From the NCBI RefSeq assembly GCF_963921235.1, contig NC_086097.1, forward strand, positions 87,298,001 to 87,362,000: a stretch of DNA of 64,000 bases, in the 5' to 3' direction. Source of the DNA: Mobula hypostoma. Taxonomy: Eukaryota. The position numbers and the translations under genes were made by a program. This document shows positions 50,424 through 64,000 of this stretch, piece by piece. Below the pieces are notes generated by a model that did no database searches, had not been told where the DNA came from, and worked only from the letters and a program-made list of their open reading frames with translations. Position 1 is the first letter of the stretch, and every line of letters starts with the position of its first letter.

Positions 50424-53400
50424 GCATAAGACTTTAAGACATAGGAGCGGAATTAGGCCATTCAGTCTGTTGAGACTGCTCCACCATTCCATCATGGCTG
50501 AACGCGGATCACACTCAACCCCATACACCTGCCTTTTCACCATATCCTTTGATGCCATGACCGATCAGGAAACTATCAAGTTTGCCTTAAATATACCCAC
50601 AGACTTGGCTTCCACAGCTGTCTGTGACAAAGCATTCCAAGATTCAGTACTCTCTGGCTAAAAAAAAATTTGTCCTTACCTCTTTTCTAAAGAGTCACCT
50701 TCTATTTTGAGGCTGTGCTCTCTAGTTCTGGACATCCCCACCATAGGAAACATCCTCTCCACATCCATCTTATCTAGTCCTTTCAACATACGGTAGGTTT
50801 CAATGAGATCCCCCCAATGTCCTTTTAAATTCCAGTGAGTACAGGCCCAAAGCTGCCAAACATTCCTCATATGATAACCCCTTCATTCCCAGAATCATCC
50901 TTGTGAACCTTCTCTAGACTCTCTCCAATGAAAACTCATCCTTTCTGAGATATAGGACCCAAAACTGTTGACAACATTCCAAGTGTGGCCTGACTAGTGT
51001 CTACAAGTCCTCGGCATTATCTCCTGGCTTTTATGTTTAATCCTCCTTGAAATAAATGCCAACATTGCATTTGTCTTCTTTACCACAGACTCAACCTGTA
51101 AATTAAGCTTCTGGGAGTCTTGCACAAGGACTCCTAAGTCCCTTTGCATCTCTGATGTTTCAATTTTCTCCCCATTAAGATAATAGTCTGCACTTTTGTT
51201 CCCTTAATCAAAATGCAGTAGTATACATTTTCCAACACTGTGTTCCATCTTCACATTTTTGCCCATTCTTCCAATTTGTCTAAGACTTGCTGCAATCGCA
51301 TTGCTTCCTCAGCACTACCTACCCCTCCAGCAATCTTTGTATCAACTGCAAACTTTGCCACAAACTATCAATTCCACTATCTAAATCAATTGACAAATGA
51401 TGTGATAAGTAGTAGTCGCAATGCTGACCTCTGAGGAACACCACTAGACACTGCCAGCCAACCGGAAAAGGCCCCCTTTATTCCCACTCTCTGCCTCCTG
51501 CCTGTCAGCCATTCCTCTATCCATGCCAGTATCTTCCCTGTAATGCCAGAGGATTTTATCTTGTTAAGCAGCCTCATGTGTGGCACCTTATCAAATGCCT
51601 TCTGAAAATCCAAGTAAATGACATTCACTACCTCTCCTTTGTCCACTCTGCTTGTTAATTCTTTGAAGAATTCCAACAGTTTTGTCATGTAAGATTTTCT
51701 TTACAGAAACCATGCTGACTTTGATTTCATCATTAGCCTTCAAGTACCCCAAAACCTCATCCCTAATAATGGACTCTTTGCACTGTCTGCATTTGTACCC
51801 AATCATTGGCTTGTCCTTCCTTGCGTTCATATTACATCCATTATCTACTTGCAAACCTACTGGCTCATCCTCAGGTCTATCATAACTGAATCCCATCACC
51901 CCCCCCCCCCACCATATTAGTTTAAACCACTTTGAACAGCTCTAGCAAACCTTCCCACAAGGATATCGGTCCCCCTCGGACTCAAGTGCAATCCGTCCCT
52001 TTTTGTACAGGTCACACCTGACCCAGAAGAGCTGCCAATGATCCAGAAAGCTGAATCCCTACTCCCTGCTCCAATTCTTCAGCAACGCAATTATCTGCCA
52101 CCTCATTCTATTCCTATCCCCACTCTCACACAGTAATTCCAAGATCACTACCCTTGAGGTTCTGCTTCTTAACTTCCTTCCTAACTCCCTGTGGTCTGTT
52201 TTCAGGGCCTCTTTCCTTTTTCTACCTATGTCGTTGGTACCAATATGTACCACAACTTCTGGCTGCTCACCCTCCCTTTTCAGGATACCGTGGATATATC
52301 CAGAAACATCGCAGATTGTGACAGAACAAATTGGCAATGCTAATTCTCCTGCTACCCTTACCACTTTGCCCAGTTGGTCGCTCCTTCTCATTCTGTGCCT
52401 GGTCTAATTGCCCCAGTGGTTCACACACTTTGATATCCCATTCTGCAGTTCTTGGGAGTTCACCATTTACACACCCCAACAGTAAAACAATCACTAGCTT
52501 GGCTAATCAATACAATCCTCTCAGTTAATGTGCTCTACTGGTTTATAATTCATAATAATAAGGATTCTAGACACAAGCATTACAGTTCCACGTGTTTTCA
52601 TTCACACCTTTACATTGGGTTGTAAACAGCAGAACGGACCCAAAAGACTGTAGGAACAGCTTGGGGTGACCTAAAATAATGCCTGGGTTAGTGAGAGGAG
52701 GCGCACCACACCCTATGCAGGCAGATTTAAGGCCCCCAGTTTGGCTTTGCTGAGAGGTGTGGTGGTTGAATTTGACAGTTGGTGAATAGATATATTGGAA
52801 AGTTAACGACAAAGTGTGTCATGCAGAAGGCCTCTGTATATTTGTATATTTTTGTACATTTTGTTTTCATTTGGCTATTTGTAACTACCTTTTTCTTCAC
52901 AACTTTTGGACAGCTTTTGCTTTTTTTCCCACCTGGCACTAAATAAAAACCCCTTTGCACCAACGTGCTGTTGCAGTTTACCATCTGTTTTTGTTTCAAC
53001 TGGTGACCCTCTAAAGGCATGCTTACCCACATCTGATAGCAAGCTGTGACACAGACACTGGCACCTGAGAGGCAAACTACCATCCGTGTTTCTTATTCGC
53101 GTCCACAGAATTGTCTACCTGTCCCCTGACTATAGAGTCCCCTATTACTGCTACCCTCCTCTTCAGTTCCCTACCCTGCTGAACCACAGAGCCAGACACA
53201 GTGCCACAGGCACAGCTGCTCTTGCTTCCACCAGGTAGGTCGAGCCCCCCAGCAGTTCTCAAAATGGAGTGCTTATTGTTAAGGGGGATGGCCACAGGGG
53301 TGCTCTCCACTATCTGATATTTTCCCTTCGCTTTCCTGATAGTCACCCATTTATCTGTCTCCTGTTGCCTTGGGGTGACTACCTCCTTGTAGCTCATCTG

Positions 53401-53580
53401 TCACCTCCTCACTTTCCCTAACATGCCAAAGGTCATCGAGCTGCAGCTCCAGTTCCCCAACACGGTCTCTAAGGAGCTGCACCTCAATGCACCTGGTGCA
53501 GATGTGCCATTGGGGAGGCTGGAAGTCTTCTGGAAATCCCACATCTAACAACCAGAACAGAACACTGGCCTTGCCGATGT
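50424..53580 (-). mobile_element. CR1 LINE with ORF1 (zinc finger/leucine zipper and SGNH esterase-like) and internally deleted ORF2
   Basis: HICTRCIEVQLLRDRVGELELQL, VIGDSIVRG, VVVHIGTNDIG (ORF1); YLDFQKAFDKVPH (ORF2); ataagac tail. Confidence 0.88.
52317..53051 (+). mobile_element. Solo LTR inserted in CR1 ORF1
   Basis: TG...CA ends (tgtgaca...tgtgaca); 5-bp TSD cagat/cagac; aataaa near 52942; CR1 resumes on both sides. Confidence 0.75.
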
Positions 53581-53671
53581 GTGGAAATCTGTGCTACAGG
53601 AAGTTTTTGAAGTAAACAATGCATTTACAGAAAAGTCAGTAAGTGCTTCAGGAAGAAAGGAATCCCTTTAC

Positions 53672-54684
53672 AGTGGACTGGCAGACCACAGTATGTGTGC
53701 TTGCAACACTGTGTGTCTGACAGAGTGATCAGCGGCACTGGGGCTCCACAGGGAACTGTCTTGTCTCCCTTTCTCTTCACTATTTACACCTCGGACTTCA
53801 ACTACTGCACAGAGTCTTGTCATCTTCAGAAGTTTTCGGATGACTCTGCCATAGTTGGATGCATCAGCAAGGGAGATGAGGCTGAGTACAGGGCTATGGT
53901 AGGAAACTTGTCACATGGTGTGAGCAGAATTATCTGCAGCTTAATGTGAAAAAGACTAAGGAGCTGGTGGTAGACCTGAGGAGGGCTAAGGCACCGGTGA
54001 CCCCTGTTTCCACTCAGGGGATCAGTGTGGACATCGTGGAGGATTACAAATACCTGGGGATTCGAATTGACAATAAACTGGACTGGTCAAAGAACACTGA
54101 GGCTGTCTACAAGAAGGGTCAGAGCCATCTCCATTTCCTGAGGAGACTGAGGTCCTTTAACATCTGCCGGACGATGTTGAGGATGTTCTACGAGTCTGTG
54201 GTGGTCAGTGCGATCATGTTTGCTGTTGTGTGCTGGGGCAGCAGGCTGAGGGTAGCAGACACCAACAGAATCAACAAACTCATTCGTAAGGCCAGTGATG
54301 TTGTGGGGATGGAACTGGACTCTCTCACGGTGGTGTCTGAAAAGAGGATGCTGTCCAAGTTGCATGCCATCTTGGACAATGTCTCCCATCCACTACATAA
54401 TGTACTGGTTGGGCACAGGAGTACATTCAGCCAGAGACTCATTCTACCGAGATGCAACACAGAGCGTCATAGGAAGTCATTCCTGCCTGTGGCCATCAAA
54501 CTTTACAACTCTTCCCTTGGAGGGTCAGACACCCTGAGCCAATAGGCTGGTACTGGACTTATTTACTGGCATAATTTACATATTAGTATTTAATTATTTA
54601 TGGTTTTATTACTATTTAATTATTTATGGTGCAACTGTAATGAAAACCAATTTCCCCCGGGATCAATAAATATGACTATGACTA
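53672..54684 (+). mobile_element. Rex1/Babar LINE 3' portion, relatively young
   Basis: TGAPQGTVLSPFLFTIYT, LQKFSDDSAIVG, one frameshift, then a 199-aa open frame; (tatgac)n tail. Confidence 0.92.
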
Positions 54685-54696
54685 ATAGAAGCATAT

Positions 54697-55020
54697 TAGA
54701 ATCAGAATCAGATTTATTATCAGTAACTTGAATAACATAAAGTTTGTTGCTCTGAGGCAGCAAGGCAGGCAAAGACATAAAATTGTTATAATTACAAAAA
54801 AAATTGTGCAAACCAAAGGAATAGCAAAATAGTGTTCATAGATTCATGGACTGTTCTGAATTCTGATAATGGAGGGGAAGAAACTGATCTTGAATCATTG
54901 AGTTTGAACCATCTGGGTCCAGTATCTTCTCCCGATGGACGAAACTAGGAGAGGGCATGTCCTGGTTGCTGAGGCCACTTAGTGATGGATGCAGCTTTCC
55001 TGAGGCACCAATAGCTTTGA
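54697..55020 (-). mobile_element. Rex1/Babar 3' end
   Basis: (agaatc)n tail and 3'UTR, tail-to-tail with the previous copy. Confidence 0.7.
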
Positions 55021-55756
55021 ATGTTATAAATTCATGTGTCATGATCTCTGGTATTGACCAAGTTGGCCAAATTACAATTTCAATGGTGTAAAATCTAAGT
55101 CATTCTACATAATTAAATTCTTGGAGAATGTTTTTGATATTTGTTGCAAAATGCAACACAATTGGGCCTGATTTAATGTAATTAGTATCAGTACTGTTCA
55201 GATTTGCTTTTGATACAAAATACTAAAAGGTTTTCAGTTATTTCAAACCTTATCCTCATTAATTCAGTTGACTACTCTGAGAATGAAAGCACAAACTGAG
55301 CTGGCTCCTTAAATTTGAAGTCTCCTACCCCATCACCAGAGCACCACAGTAATATGGCCAATATTATTTATTCTTGGCTGTGAACCTTTGAATTACCTAA
55401 GATATTTTTAAATTTGGATGAAGGTTACTGATAATTACATTTGTATTTTCAGTTAATTGAATATTAAAGAAAGCAAACCAACAGGCAGACGTTCAAATCT
55501 CTGTTTGTAATTGCAGTCATATTTCCAATGTTTGGCCTGTCACTTAGCTGTGTCCACTTGGCAAGTGAGGTAGGAGGAGGTTTTCTTGGCCTGCATGTGT
55601 CCTTCATAGCCTTTGACTGATGAGGCTTTTCAGCAATGCTCCTTGGCCACAATGTTAATAGAAGTTACTAACAGCAGCTATTATGCCAATGATTTAGTGG
55701 GTAGATGGAGGTTTGGCCTCTTACAAGCAAATCAAAATCTCTCGAGAACAAAGTTA

Positions 55757-56131
55757 CATAAGACCATAAGACCATAAGACAAAGGAGCAGAAGTTGGCCA
55801 TTCGACCCATCGAGTCTGCTCCGCCATTTCATCATGAGCTGATCCATTCTCCCATTTAGTCCCACTCCCCCGCCTTCTCACCATAACCTTTGATGCCCTG
55901 GCTACTCAGATACCTATCAATCTCTGCCTTAAATACACCCGATGACTTGGCCTCCACTGCTGCCCGTGGCAACAAATTCCATAGATTCACCACCCTCTGA
56001 CTAAAAAAATTTCTTCGCATTTCTGTTCTGAATGGGCGTCCTTCAATCCTTAAGTCATACCCTCTCGTACTAGACTCCCCCATCATGGGAAACAACTTTG
56101 CCACATCCACTCTGTCCATGCCTTTCAACAT
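55757..56131 (-). mobile_element. CR1 3' fragment, young
   Basis: RPFRTEMRRNFFSQRVVNLWN; (cataagac)n tail. Confidence 0.9.
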
Positions 56132-56150
56132 TAGCTACAGCTAAAGACCA

Positions 56151-56975
56151 CAGGGTACCAACTTTTCTTCTATTTGTTTTTGTTTTACAGTTGCACAGAC
56201 CAACCATTACTCTCAACAGAAAATTTTTACACGGACTGAAAACCGCACGGCACTTAAAATTTTTTTTGTAATATGCCTACTAAAATATTTAGAATGAAAA
56301 TTGAAATATCACATACTTTTGATTTTATTTATTATTTGAGGGCTATAATGAAATACAGTACAACAAAGAAAATGTTCCACGTTTTGTAAACATTTTGTCT
56401 GTCTTTATTACAAGTCCATTGCCTATAAACACTGTTCAGATTAATTTCGCATCCAGATGAAAGATACATCTTAATCTTCATTAGATCATCCAAATGTTCC
56501 ATTTCTAGTCTGTTTCTGGATTTGCATTTGATTGAATTCGAAAGACTGAATCCACATTCACAGTCAGCACAGAAGCTTGAAGTTTCCCAATGATGTCAAC
56601 AAGAATTGACAGTTCAACAAATTCTTCATTTCTAAGCATGTTCAACATATCAGTGAACGTTTTAATTGCACCAGACTTGACTTTCTCAGAAATGACAAAT
56701 TCAAAATCACAATATTGCTGTGATATTCTTGAGTCAGCACTATTGTCGTGGTTCGTAATATTAGCTGAGTATCTTTTGTCAATCACACACCATTCTGTTC
56801 TCCAAATTCAAAATTGGTTGGGTTTGCAATATCAACAGGGCCAAAAGCTTGCCATTCTCCTAACTCATCATCAGAAAATCTATTATTCAAGAGATTACAC
56901 ACACGTTGAATGAATCAAACGCAGTATCAATGTCAGAATTTATAGTTGCGAGCAGATCTTTCACTTTGTCGCTCC
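56151..56975 (-). mobile_element. hAT transposon 3' part (transposase dimerisation domain)
   Basis: My translation ADCECGFSLSNSIKCKSRNRLEMEHLDDLMKIKMYL (hATC-like); terminus cagggtaccaac. Confidence 0.8.
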
Positions 56976-59900
56976 TGTAATGTAGACATCTATTTCTTTT
57001 AGGGCAATAGCTCCCCTTAGCCACTACACATGATCTATTGTCTATGCATACACATTGTTCCCTCCTTCTCTTGCTGCAATATGAATACACCAGTTAAAGC
57101 CATCTCCCGCATGCGTGCTTTTATTTAATTGATATGTAGTTGCACAGACATAACAAATTGGTGATGAGTACGAACCTGAACTTCAGAGAATATCACCTAC
57201 TGCATCGACAGTTACAGGATAATTACAGGACAGTGAGAAGAAAGAGTTAAACAATACAGAGAAAGCTGTCATGGGTGCTAAGAAAGGGATGTGTGAGTAA
57301 CAGTGCATTGCACATAGTGAAAATCGCAACTGGCAAAGTTAAAGTGAAAATAATGTAGTGATGGATTTAGTCTGGAAAGCTGATGAATTTGACAATTCTA
57401 CTGAAGGCTTGGAGTTGTAAATCAAGAGGGTTTAACTGTATTGTAAGAGGAACAACATGGATGAGCAGAAGAAAGTATGCACACTTCTTAGCTTAGTGGC
57501 TGTGAGAACGTGCAGTCTCTTATGCAACTTAGTAACCCTTGAAAAGCCAGCAAGCAAGATGTCCAATGAAATAGTTACAATTTTTAGAAAATATTTGAGC
57601 CCTAAATCACTAGTAATAGTCGACAGATTTAGATTTCACAAAAGGAACCAGTTAAAGGATGAAAACATTTCTGAATAGATTGCAGAACTGTATGAACTTT
57701 GCCAGTACTGTGACCTTAGAGATGGACTTTCTGATGCATTAAGGGATAGGGTGGTATGGGGCATGCATAGTCAAAGCATTCAAAAACAGGCTACTGACCA
57801 GAACTTAGAACAGGCATTGACCATTGCAACATCATTAGATACTGCAGCAAAGGATATAGTGGAACTACAGACAAAGAGTTTAGAATGTGAAATGCACAAA
57901 ATGTCCTTGAATGGTGCAAAAAGTCAAAAATGTTATCAATGTGGCAAATCCTCCCATGATGTAAATGACTGTAAGAAAAGGTTTGCAGAAAGTGTCACAG
58001 ACAAGGTCACAGAAGTGTGCAAGACAGACAAAAAACATAACCGAGTGAAAAGTTTCAAACACAGAAATAAGCAAATGCATAAAGTCACCAAATGTGAAAC
58101 AGAGTCTGATAAAGGTGAGCTGAAATGCCAAGAACAGCATAATATTACTGAAGCAGGTCAGAAAACCATATGGATTACAATAGATGTGTCTGATGTAAAA
58201 ATGACAATGCAGCTGTTTACAGGGTCTCTTTTGTCTATAATTCCAGAGGCTGACTACAACAGACTGTTTTATCAGCTACCATTAGACAGGACCTCGGTGA
58301 TGCTAAAAACCTACATAGGGATAAAAGTGTCTGGCAAAGGCAAACTGAAAGTGAATGTGACATATAGAGGCCAAACACAGCAATTAGAACTTCATGTGTT
58401 GAAAAGTGGAGGGCCAAGAGTCTTTGGACGGGAATGGTTGAAAAATCCAATTAGACTGGCACTCAATCAAAGCTCTCGATGTGTAATCAACAGGCAACTG
58501 CAGCCCAGATGGTAGCAATAACCAGACAGTCTCACAGCTGCTTAATGCTGTTGATGTTATGGTCATTACAGAGACTTGGATGGCTCAGGGGCAGGAATGG
58601 TTACTTCGAGTGCCAGGCTTTATATGTTTCAGAAAGGACAGGGAAGGAGGCAAAAGAGGTAGGGGCATGGTGCTGTTGATCAGACATAGTGTCACGGCTG
58701 CAGAAAAGGAGGAAGTCATGGGGAGATTGTCTGCTGAGTCTCTGTGGGTGGATGTTAGGAACAGGAAGGGTTCAATAACTCTACTGGGTATTTTTTATAG
58801 ACCAGCCAATAGTGACAGGGACATCGAGGAGCAGATGGGAGACAGATTCTGGAAATGTGCAAGAATAACAGGGTGGTCGTGGTTGGAGATTTTAATTACC
58901 CAAATATCAATTGGCATGTCCCTAGAGCGAAGGGTTTAGATGGGGTGGAGTTTGTTAGGTATGTTCAAGAAGGTATCTTGACACAGTATGTAGATAAGCC
59001 AACAAGAGGAGAGGCTGTACTTGATCTGGTATTGGGAAATGAACCTGGTCAGGTGTCAGGTCTCTCAGTGGGAGAGCATTTTCGAGATAGTGATCACAAT
59101 TCTATCTCCTTTACCATAGCATTGGAGAGGGATAGGAACAGACAAGTTAGCAAAGTGTTTAATTGGAGTAAGGGGAAATATGAGGCTACCAGGCAAGAAC
59201 TTAGAAGCATAAATTGGGAGCAGATGCTCTCAGAGAAATGTACAGAAGAAATGAGGGAAATGTTCAGGGGATGTTTGTGTGCAGTTCTGCATAGGTACGT
59301 TCCAATGAGACATGGAAACGATGGTAGGGTACTGGAATCATGCTGTACAAAGGCTGTTGTAAATCTAGTCAAGAAGAAAAGAAGAGCTCACGAAAGGTTC
59401 AAAAAACTAGGTAATGATAGAGATCTAGAAGATTATAAGGCTAGCAGGAAGGAAGGAGCTTCAGAAAGAAATTAGGAGAGCCAGAACGGGCCATGGGAAG
59501 GCCTTGGCGGACAGGATTAAAGAAAACCCCAAGGCATTCTACAAGCATGCGAAGAGCAAGAGGATAAGACATAAAAGAATAGGACCAATCAAGCGTGACA
59601 CTGGAAAAGTGCGTATGGAACCAGAGGAGATAGCAGAGGTACTTAATGAGTACTTTGCTTCAGTATTCACTATGGAAAAGAATCTTGGCGATTGTAGGGA
59701 TGAGTTACAGTGGGTACATGTAGATATTAAGAAAAAGGATGTGCTGGAGCTTTAGGAAAACATCAATTTGGATAAGTCACAAGGACCAGACGGGATGTAC
59801 CCCAGGCTACAGTGGGAAGTGAGGGAGGAGATTGCTGAGCCTCTGGCGATGATCTTTGCATCATCAATGAGGACTGGAGAGGTTCTGAAGGATTGGAGGG

Positions 59901-62900
59901 TTGCAGATGACATTCCATTATTCAAGGAAGGGCGTAGAGATAGCCCAGAAAATTCTAGACCAGTGAGTCTTACTTCAGTGGTTGGTAAGTTGATGGAGAA
60001 GATCCTGAGAGGCAGGATTTATGAACATTTGGAGAGGCATGATATGATTAGGAATAGTCAGCATGGTTTTGTGAAAGGCAGGTTGTGCCTTACAAGCTTG
60101 ATTGAATTTTTTGAGGATACAACGAAACACATTGATAAAGATAGAGCAGTAGATGTAGTGTATATGGATTTCAGCAAGGCAGTTGACAAGGTACCCCATG
60201 CAAGGCTTATAGAGAAGGTAAAGAGGTATGGGATCCAAGGGGACATTGCTTGTGGATCTGGAACTGGCTTGCCCACAGAAGGCAAAGAGTGGTTGTAGAT
60301 GGATCAAATTCTGCATGCAGATCGGCCACCAGTGGTGTGCCTCAGGGATCTTTTCTGGAACCCCTATTCTTTGTGATTTTTATAAATGACCTGGCTGAAG
60401 AAGTGGAGGGATGGGTTAGTAAATTTGCGAATGACACAAAGGTTGGAGATGTTGTGGATAGTGTGAAGCGCTGTCAGAGGTTACAGCAGGACATTGATAG
60501 GTTGCAAAACTGGGTTGAGAAGTGGCAGATGGAGTTCAACCCAGATAAGTGTGAGGTGGTTCATTTTGGTAAGTAAAATATGATGACAGAATATAGTATT
60601 AATGGTGTAGAGGATCAGAGGGATCTTGGGTCCGAGTCCACAGGACACTCAAAGCTGCTGTGCAGGTGGACTCTGTGGTTAAGAAAGCATACAGTGCATT
60701 GACCTTCATCAACCGTGGGATTGATTTTAGGAGCCAAGAGGTAATATTGCAGCTATATAGGACTCTGGTCAGACCCCACTTGGAGTACTGTGCTCAGTTC
60801 TGGTCACCTCACTATAGGAAGAATGTGGAAACCATAGAAAGGGTGCAGAGGAGATTTACATGGATGTTGCCTGGATTGGGGAGCATGCCTTATGAGAATA
60901 AGTTGAGTGAACACACCCTTTTTTCCTTGGAGCGACAGAGGATGAGAGGTGACCTGATAGAGGTGTATAAGATGATAAGAGGCATTGATCATGTGGATAG
61001 TTAGAGGCTTTTTCCCAGGGCTGAAATGGCTAGCATGAGAGGGCACAGTTTTAAGGTGCTTGGAAGTAGGTACAGAGGAGATGTTCGTGGTAAGCTTTTT
61101 ACGCAGAGGATGGTGAGTGTGTGGAATGGGCTGCCGGCGACGGTGGTAGAGGCAGATATGATAGAATCTTTTAAGATACTCCTGGACAGGTACATGGAGC
61201 TCAGAAAAATAGAGGGCTATGGGTAACCCTAGGTAATTTCTAAGGTAATGACAGCTTTGTGGGGTGAAAGGCCTGCATTGTACTGTAGGTTTTCTATGTT
61301 TCTAATGTTAAGGTGTTTGAGTAGGGGATTGCTAATCTCAAAGGCTTGAAGGCCAGAACAAAATTGAATGAAGCAGCAACACCAAGACTCAATAAAGCTC
61401 ATTCAGTGCCTTACGTACTCTGTCCGAAAGAGAATGTTGAACTTCAGAGCTTGGCGGCATCTGGAATTCTCTCCAAAGATGAATGGAGTTACTGGGCAAC
61501 GCCCATTTTCCTGGTGATCAAGAATGGGAAGACTGGAGCCGTTTGTGTATGTGGGGATTTCATGGTGAGCATCAAACCAGTGCTGCATACTATGCAGTAT
61601 CCCCTGCCATGAATACAAGACATTTTTGCATCTTCGGCAGGCAGTGAGAGGTTTTCACCAAGGTTGACTTGTTACAAGCCTAGTTGCAAATGGAGATTGA
61701 GGAGTCAAGCAGGAAGTTCCTCGCAACCAACTCTCACAAGGAACTGCTCCAGTATAATCACTTCATCTTCGGCACCGCATCAGCTCCAGCAATTTGGCAA
61801 AGAGCAATGGTTCAAGCACTCTAACGTATTCCAGGGGCATAATGTTAACTTTATGACATCATCATGAGTGGCAAGAATGATGAAGAGCACCTCCAGAATA
61901 TTGGCAAAGTGGGCATGGTCTGCACACAAAGAGAGAAATGTGAGTTTTTCAAGAACGAAATCTCATATTGTGGACATGTCATTGACAAGCATGGCTTATA
62001 TAAATCACAAGAGAAGATTGAAGCAATGCTACAGGCACCCAAACCAGAAAATGTGTCACAATCTATGTCATACTTGGGCCTTGTAAACTACTCCCCAACT
62101 TTGCGACAGTACTGCATCCATTGAACGCTCTGTTGCAGGCAGAAGCAAAGTGGGGGTGGTCAGAAAGATGTGAAACAGTATTAAAAGAAAGAAAGAGACT
62201 AATAACATCAGATGAACTGCTCACCGACTATGACCCATCCCTGTCCATCAGACTGGTGCGCATTACGTCCCCTTAAGGCATTGGAACTGTTTTGTCACAC
62301 TCTATGAAAGATGGATCTGAACATCCGATTGCATTTGCTTCAAGATCACTGAAGAGCGCAGAATGTGACTAAGCACAGATGAACTGAGAGGCCCTTAGTC
62401 CAGTATGGGGAATAAAGAAGTTCCACCACTACCTCTATAGACAAAAGTTTACACTAGTAACAGATCACCTGCCCCTTGTGTCTATTTTTAGTCTCAGCAA
62501 GGGAATTTCAAAGCTGTTCACTACCCGGTTACAATGCTGGGCACCATTCCTAGCAGCCCACTCTTATGCCTATGTGTGGTGGTCGGGAATAAACAAACAG
62601 ATTGAAGACTTGGTTAAAGCTGTCAAGATGCCAAAAAGGTCAAGATGCACCCCCATCGGAGTGGCTGTCATCACCATGGCAAAGAGTACATATTGATTTT
62701 GCTGGACAATTTATGGACTTTATGTTTCTGATTGTTGTGGACGCTCATTCAAAGACGCCAGAGGTCATACCAATGAAATCAACCACCTCAGCAAAGACTG
62801 TTTCCTCCCTGAGGACTACCTTCACCAGAAATGGCTTACCAGAACAAATTGTGAGTGACAATGGACCACAGTACACATTAGAAATTTCTGATTGTTCATG

Positions 62901-63948
62901 AAGGAAAATGGCATCAGACATTTCAATTCAGTTCCTCACCACCCAGCTACAAGTGGGTTAGCTGAAAGGTTTATCCAAACCTTCAAGAAGTCAATGAAAG
63001 CTATGGACAAGGAGAACATTTCTCTAAAGCACAAGGAGGACATTTTCCTTTTTGTGTATTGGGACTCTGTTCATGCGATGACAAATCGAACACCTGCAAT
63101 GCTGTTCATGAGCAGAAATCTGATATCTACCATTGACCTCCTGAAAGCAGATCTCCAGAGGGAATTTCGAATAAACAGTTCAACCAGTTGCCAAGTAAAT
63201 CAGCAAGGAGCTTCAAGGTTGGACAGGAAGTCCTAGCGCATGATTACCGAGAAGGCAACTGGACACCCGATTAGATAGCTACAAGAACTGGACCACTGAT
63301 GTACACAGTAGATGTTGGAGATCATACATGGAGACATCATGTGGACTATATACTGGATGCTCAACTGAAGAACACACCTGAGTCGATTGCATCCAACAAA
63401 ATGGACACATTACAGACACTGGACTTACCTCTCAACGATGATTGTGTCACTGACAGCAACATGACACCGGCAACTGACATCATTGTCTTAGACAAGACAC
63501 CTGCCAAACCTGATGCCACTCCACAGGTCCAAAGGCAATATCCTGGAAATATCAAAGTACCACTTGAAAGACTGAATCTTTCAAACAGTGAGGTTAGTTA
63601 TGGACTGTTATTGTGAAAGCATATTTATTTGAATTTGATTTGTGAAAGGGAAATTGAATGTTTTGTACATATACATTTTCATGTTACATTAATCTAAAGA
63701 GGGAGGAAGTGTAATGTAGGGATCTATTTCTTTTAGAGCAATGACTCCCTTAGCACTACATATGATGTGCTGTCTACACATGCGTATTGATCTGTTTTCC
63801 ACACATATACATTGATTTATTGCTTGGGCATGGGCATTGTTTTTCCTCTCTCTCTCTCTCTCTCGCTGCAATGTGAATACACAAGTTAAAGCCATCTCCC
63901 GTGTAACATGCTTTTATTTAATTGATATGTGGTTGTATAGACACAACA
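56976..63948 (+). mobile_element. Full-length decayed Gypsy family B (LTR-gag-pro-RT-RH-IN-LTR)
   Basis: LTRs 56976-57155 and 63710-63948; PBS-like tggtgatgag; PPT aagagggaggaag; CYQCGKSSH knuckle, SYWATPI..V, WQRVHIDFAGQF, IVSDNGPQY, HPATSGLAERF. Confidence 0.92.
58550..61305 (+). mobile_element. CR1 LINE ORF2 (APE and RT) nested in Gypsy B
   Basis: ITETW, YRP, GDFNYP, SDHN, RPVSLTSVVGK, YMDFSKAVDKVPH, WQMEFNPDKC; (ttctatg) tail. Confidence 0.93.
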
Positions 63949-64000
63949 ACACCAATATACAGTATTGCCAAGATACTGTGACCGTACTTGTTAATTCTTG
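63949..64000 (-). mobile_element. hAT transposase continuation beyond Gypsy B
   Basis: Joining across the Gypsy gives RSQYLGNTVY-W-SDKVKDLLATIN in frame. Confidence 0.55.

Noticed and set aside
55617..55640. ctgatgag followed by a small hairpin
   Set aside because: No GAAA or stem I/III partner

Overview
Eukaryotic, repeat-saturated, probably intergenic or intronic DNA. The repeat mix (CR1, Rex1/Babar, Penelope, Gypsy, HERO, RTE, Harbinger, Tc1/mariner, hAT) suggests a cartilaginous fish; that assignment is inference. I recognise no host exon, tRNA, rRNA or CRISPR array, and every interpretable ORF is a frameshifted transposon fragment. Main highlights: (1) Penelope-like element (PLE) termini carry minimal type-I hammerhead ribozyme motifs with a palindromic ACGT in place of stem III. 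One 242-bp foldback insertion holds two such motifs on opposite strands inside a 14-bp target-site duplication (TSD). (2) A HERO/RLE retroelement 3' end is flanked by a perfect 41-bp duplication. (3) There are several non-autonomous 5'UTR+3'tail retroelements, one with a partial HDV-like ribozyme fold. (4) There are multi-level nests such as hAT > Gypsy > CR1. Family names come from motif recognition by eye, not database searches. Boundaries not fixed by a TSD or TIR are approximate.
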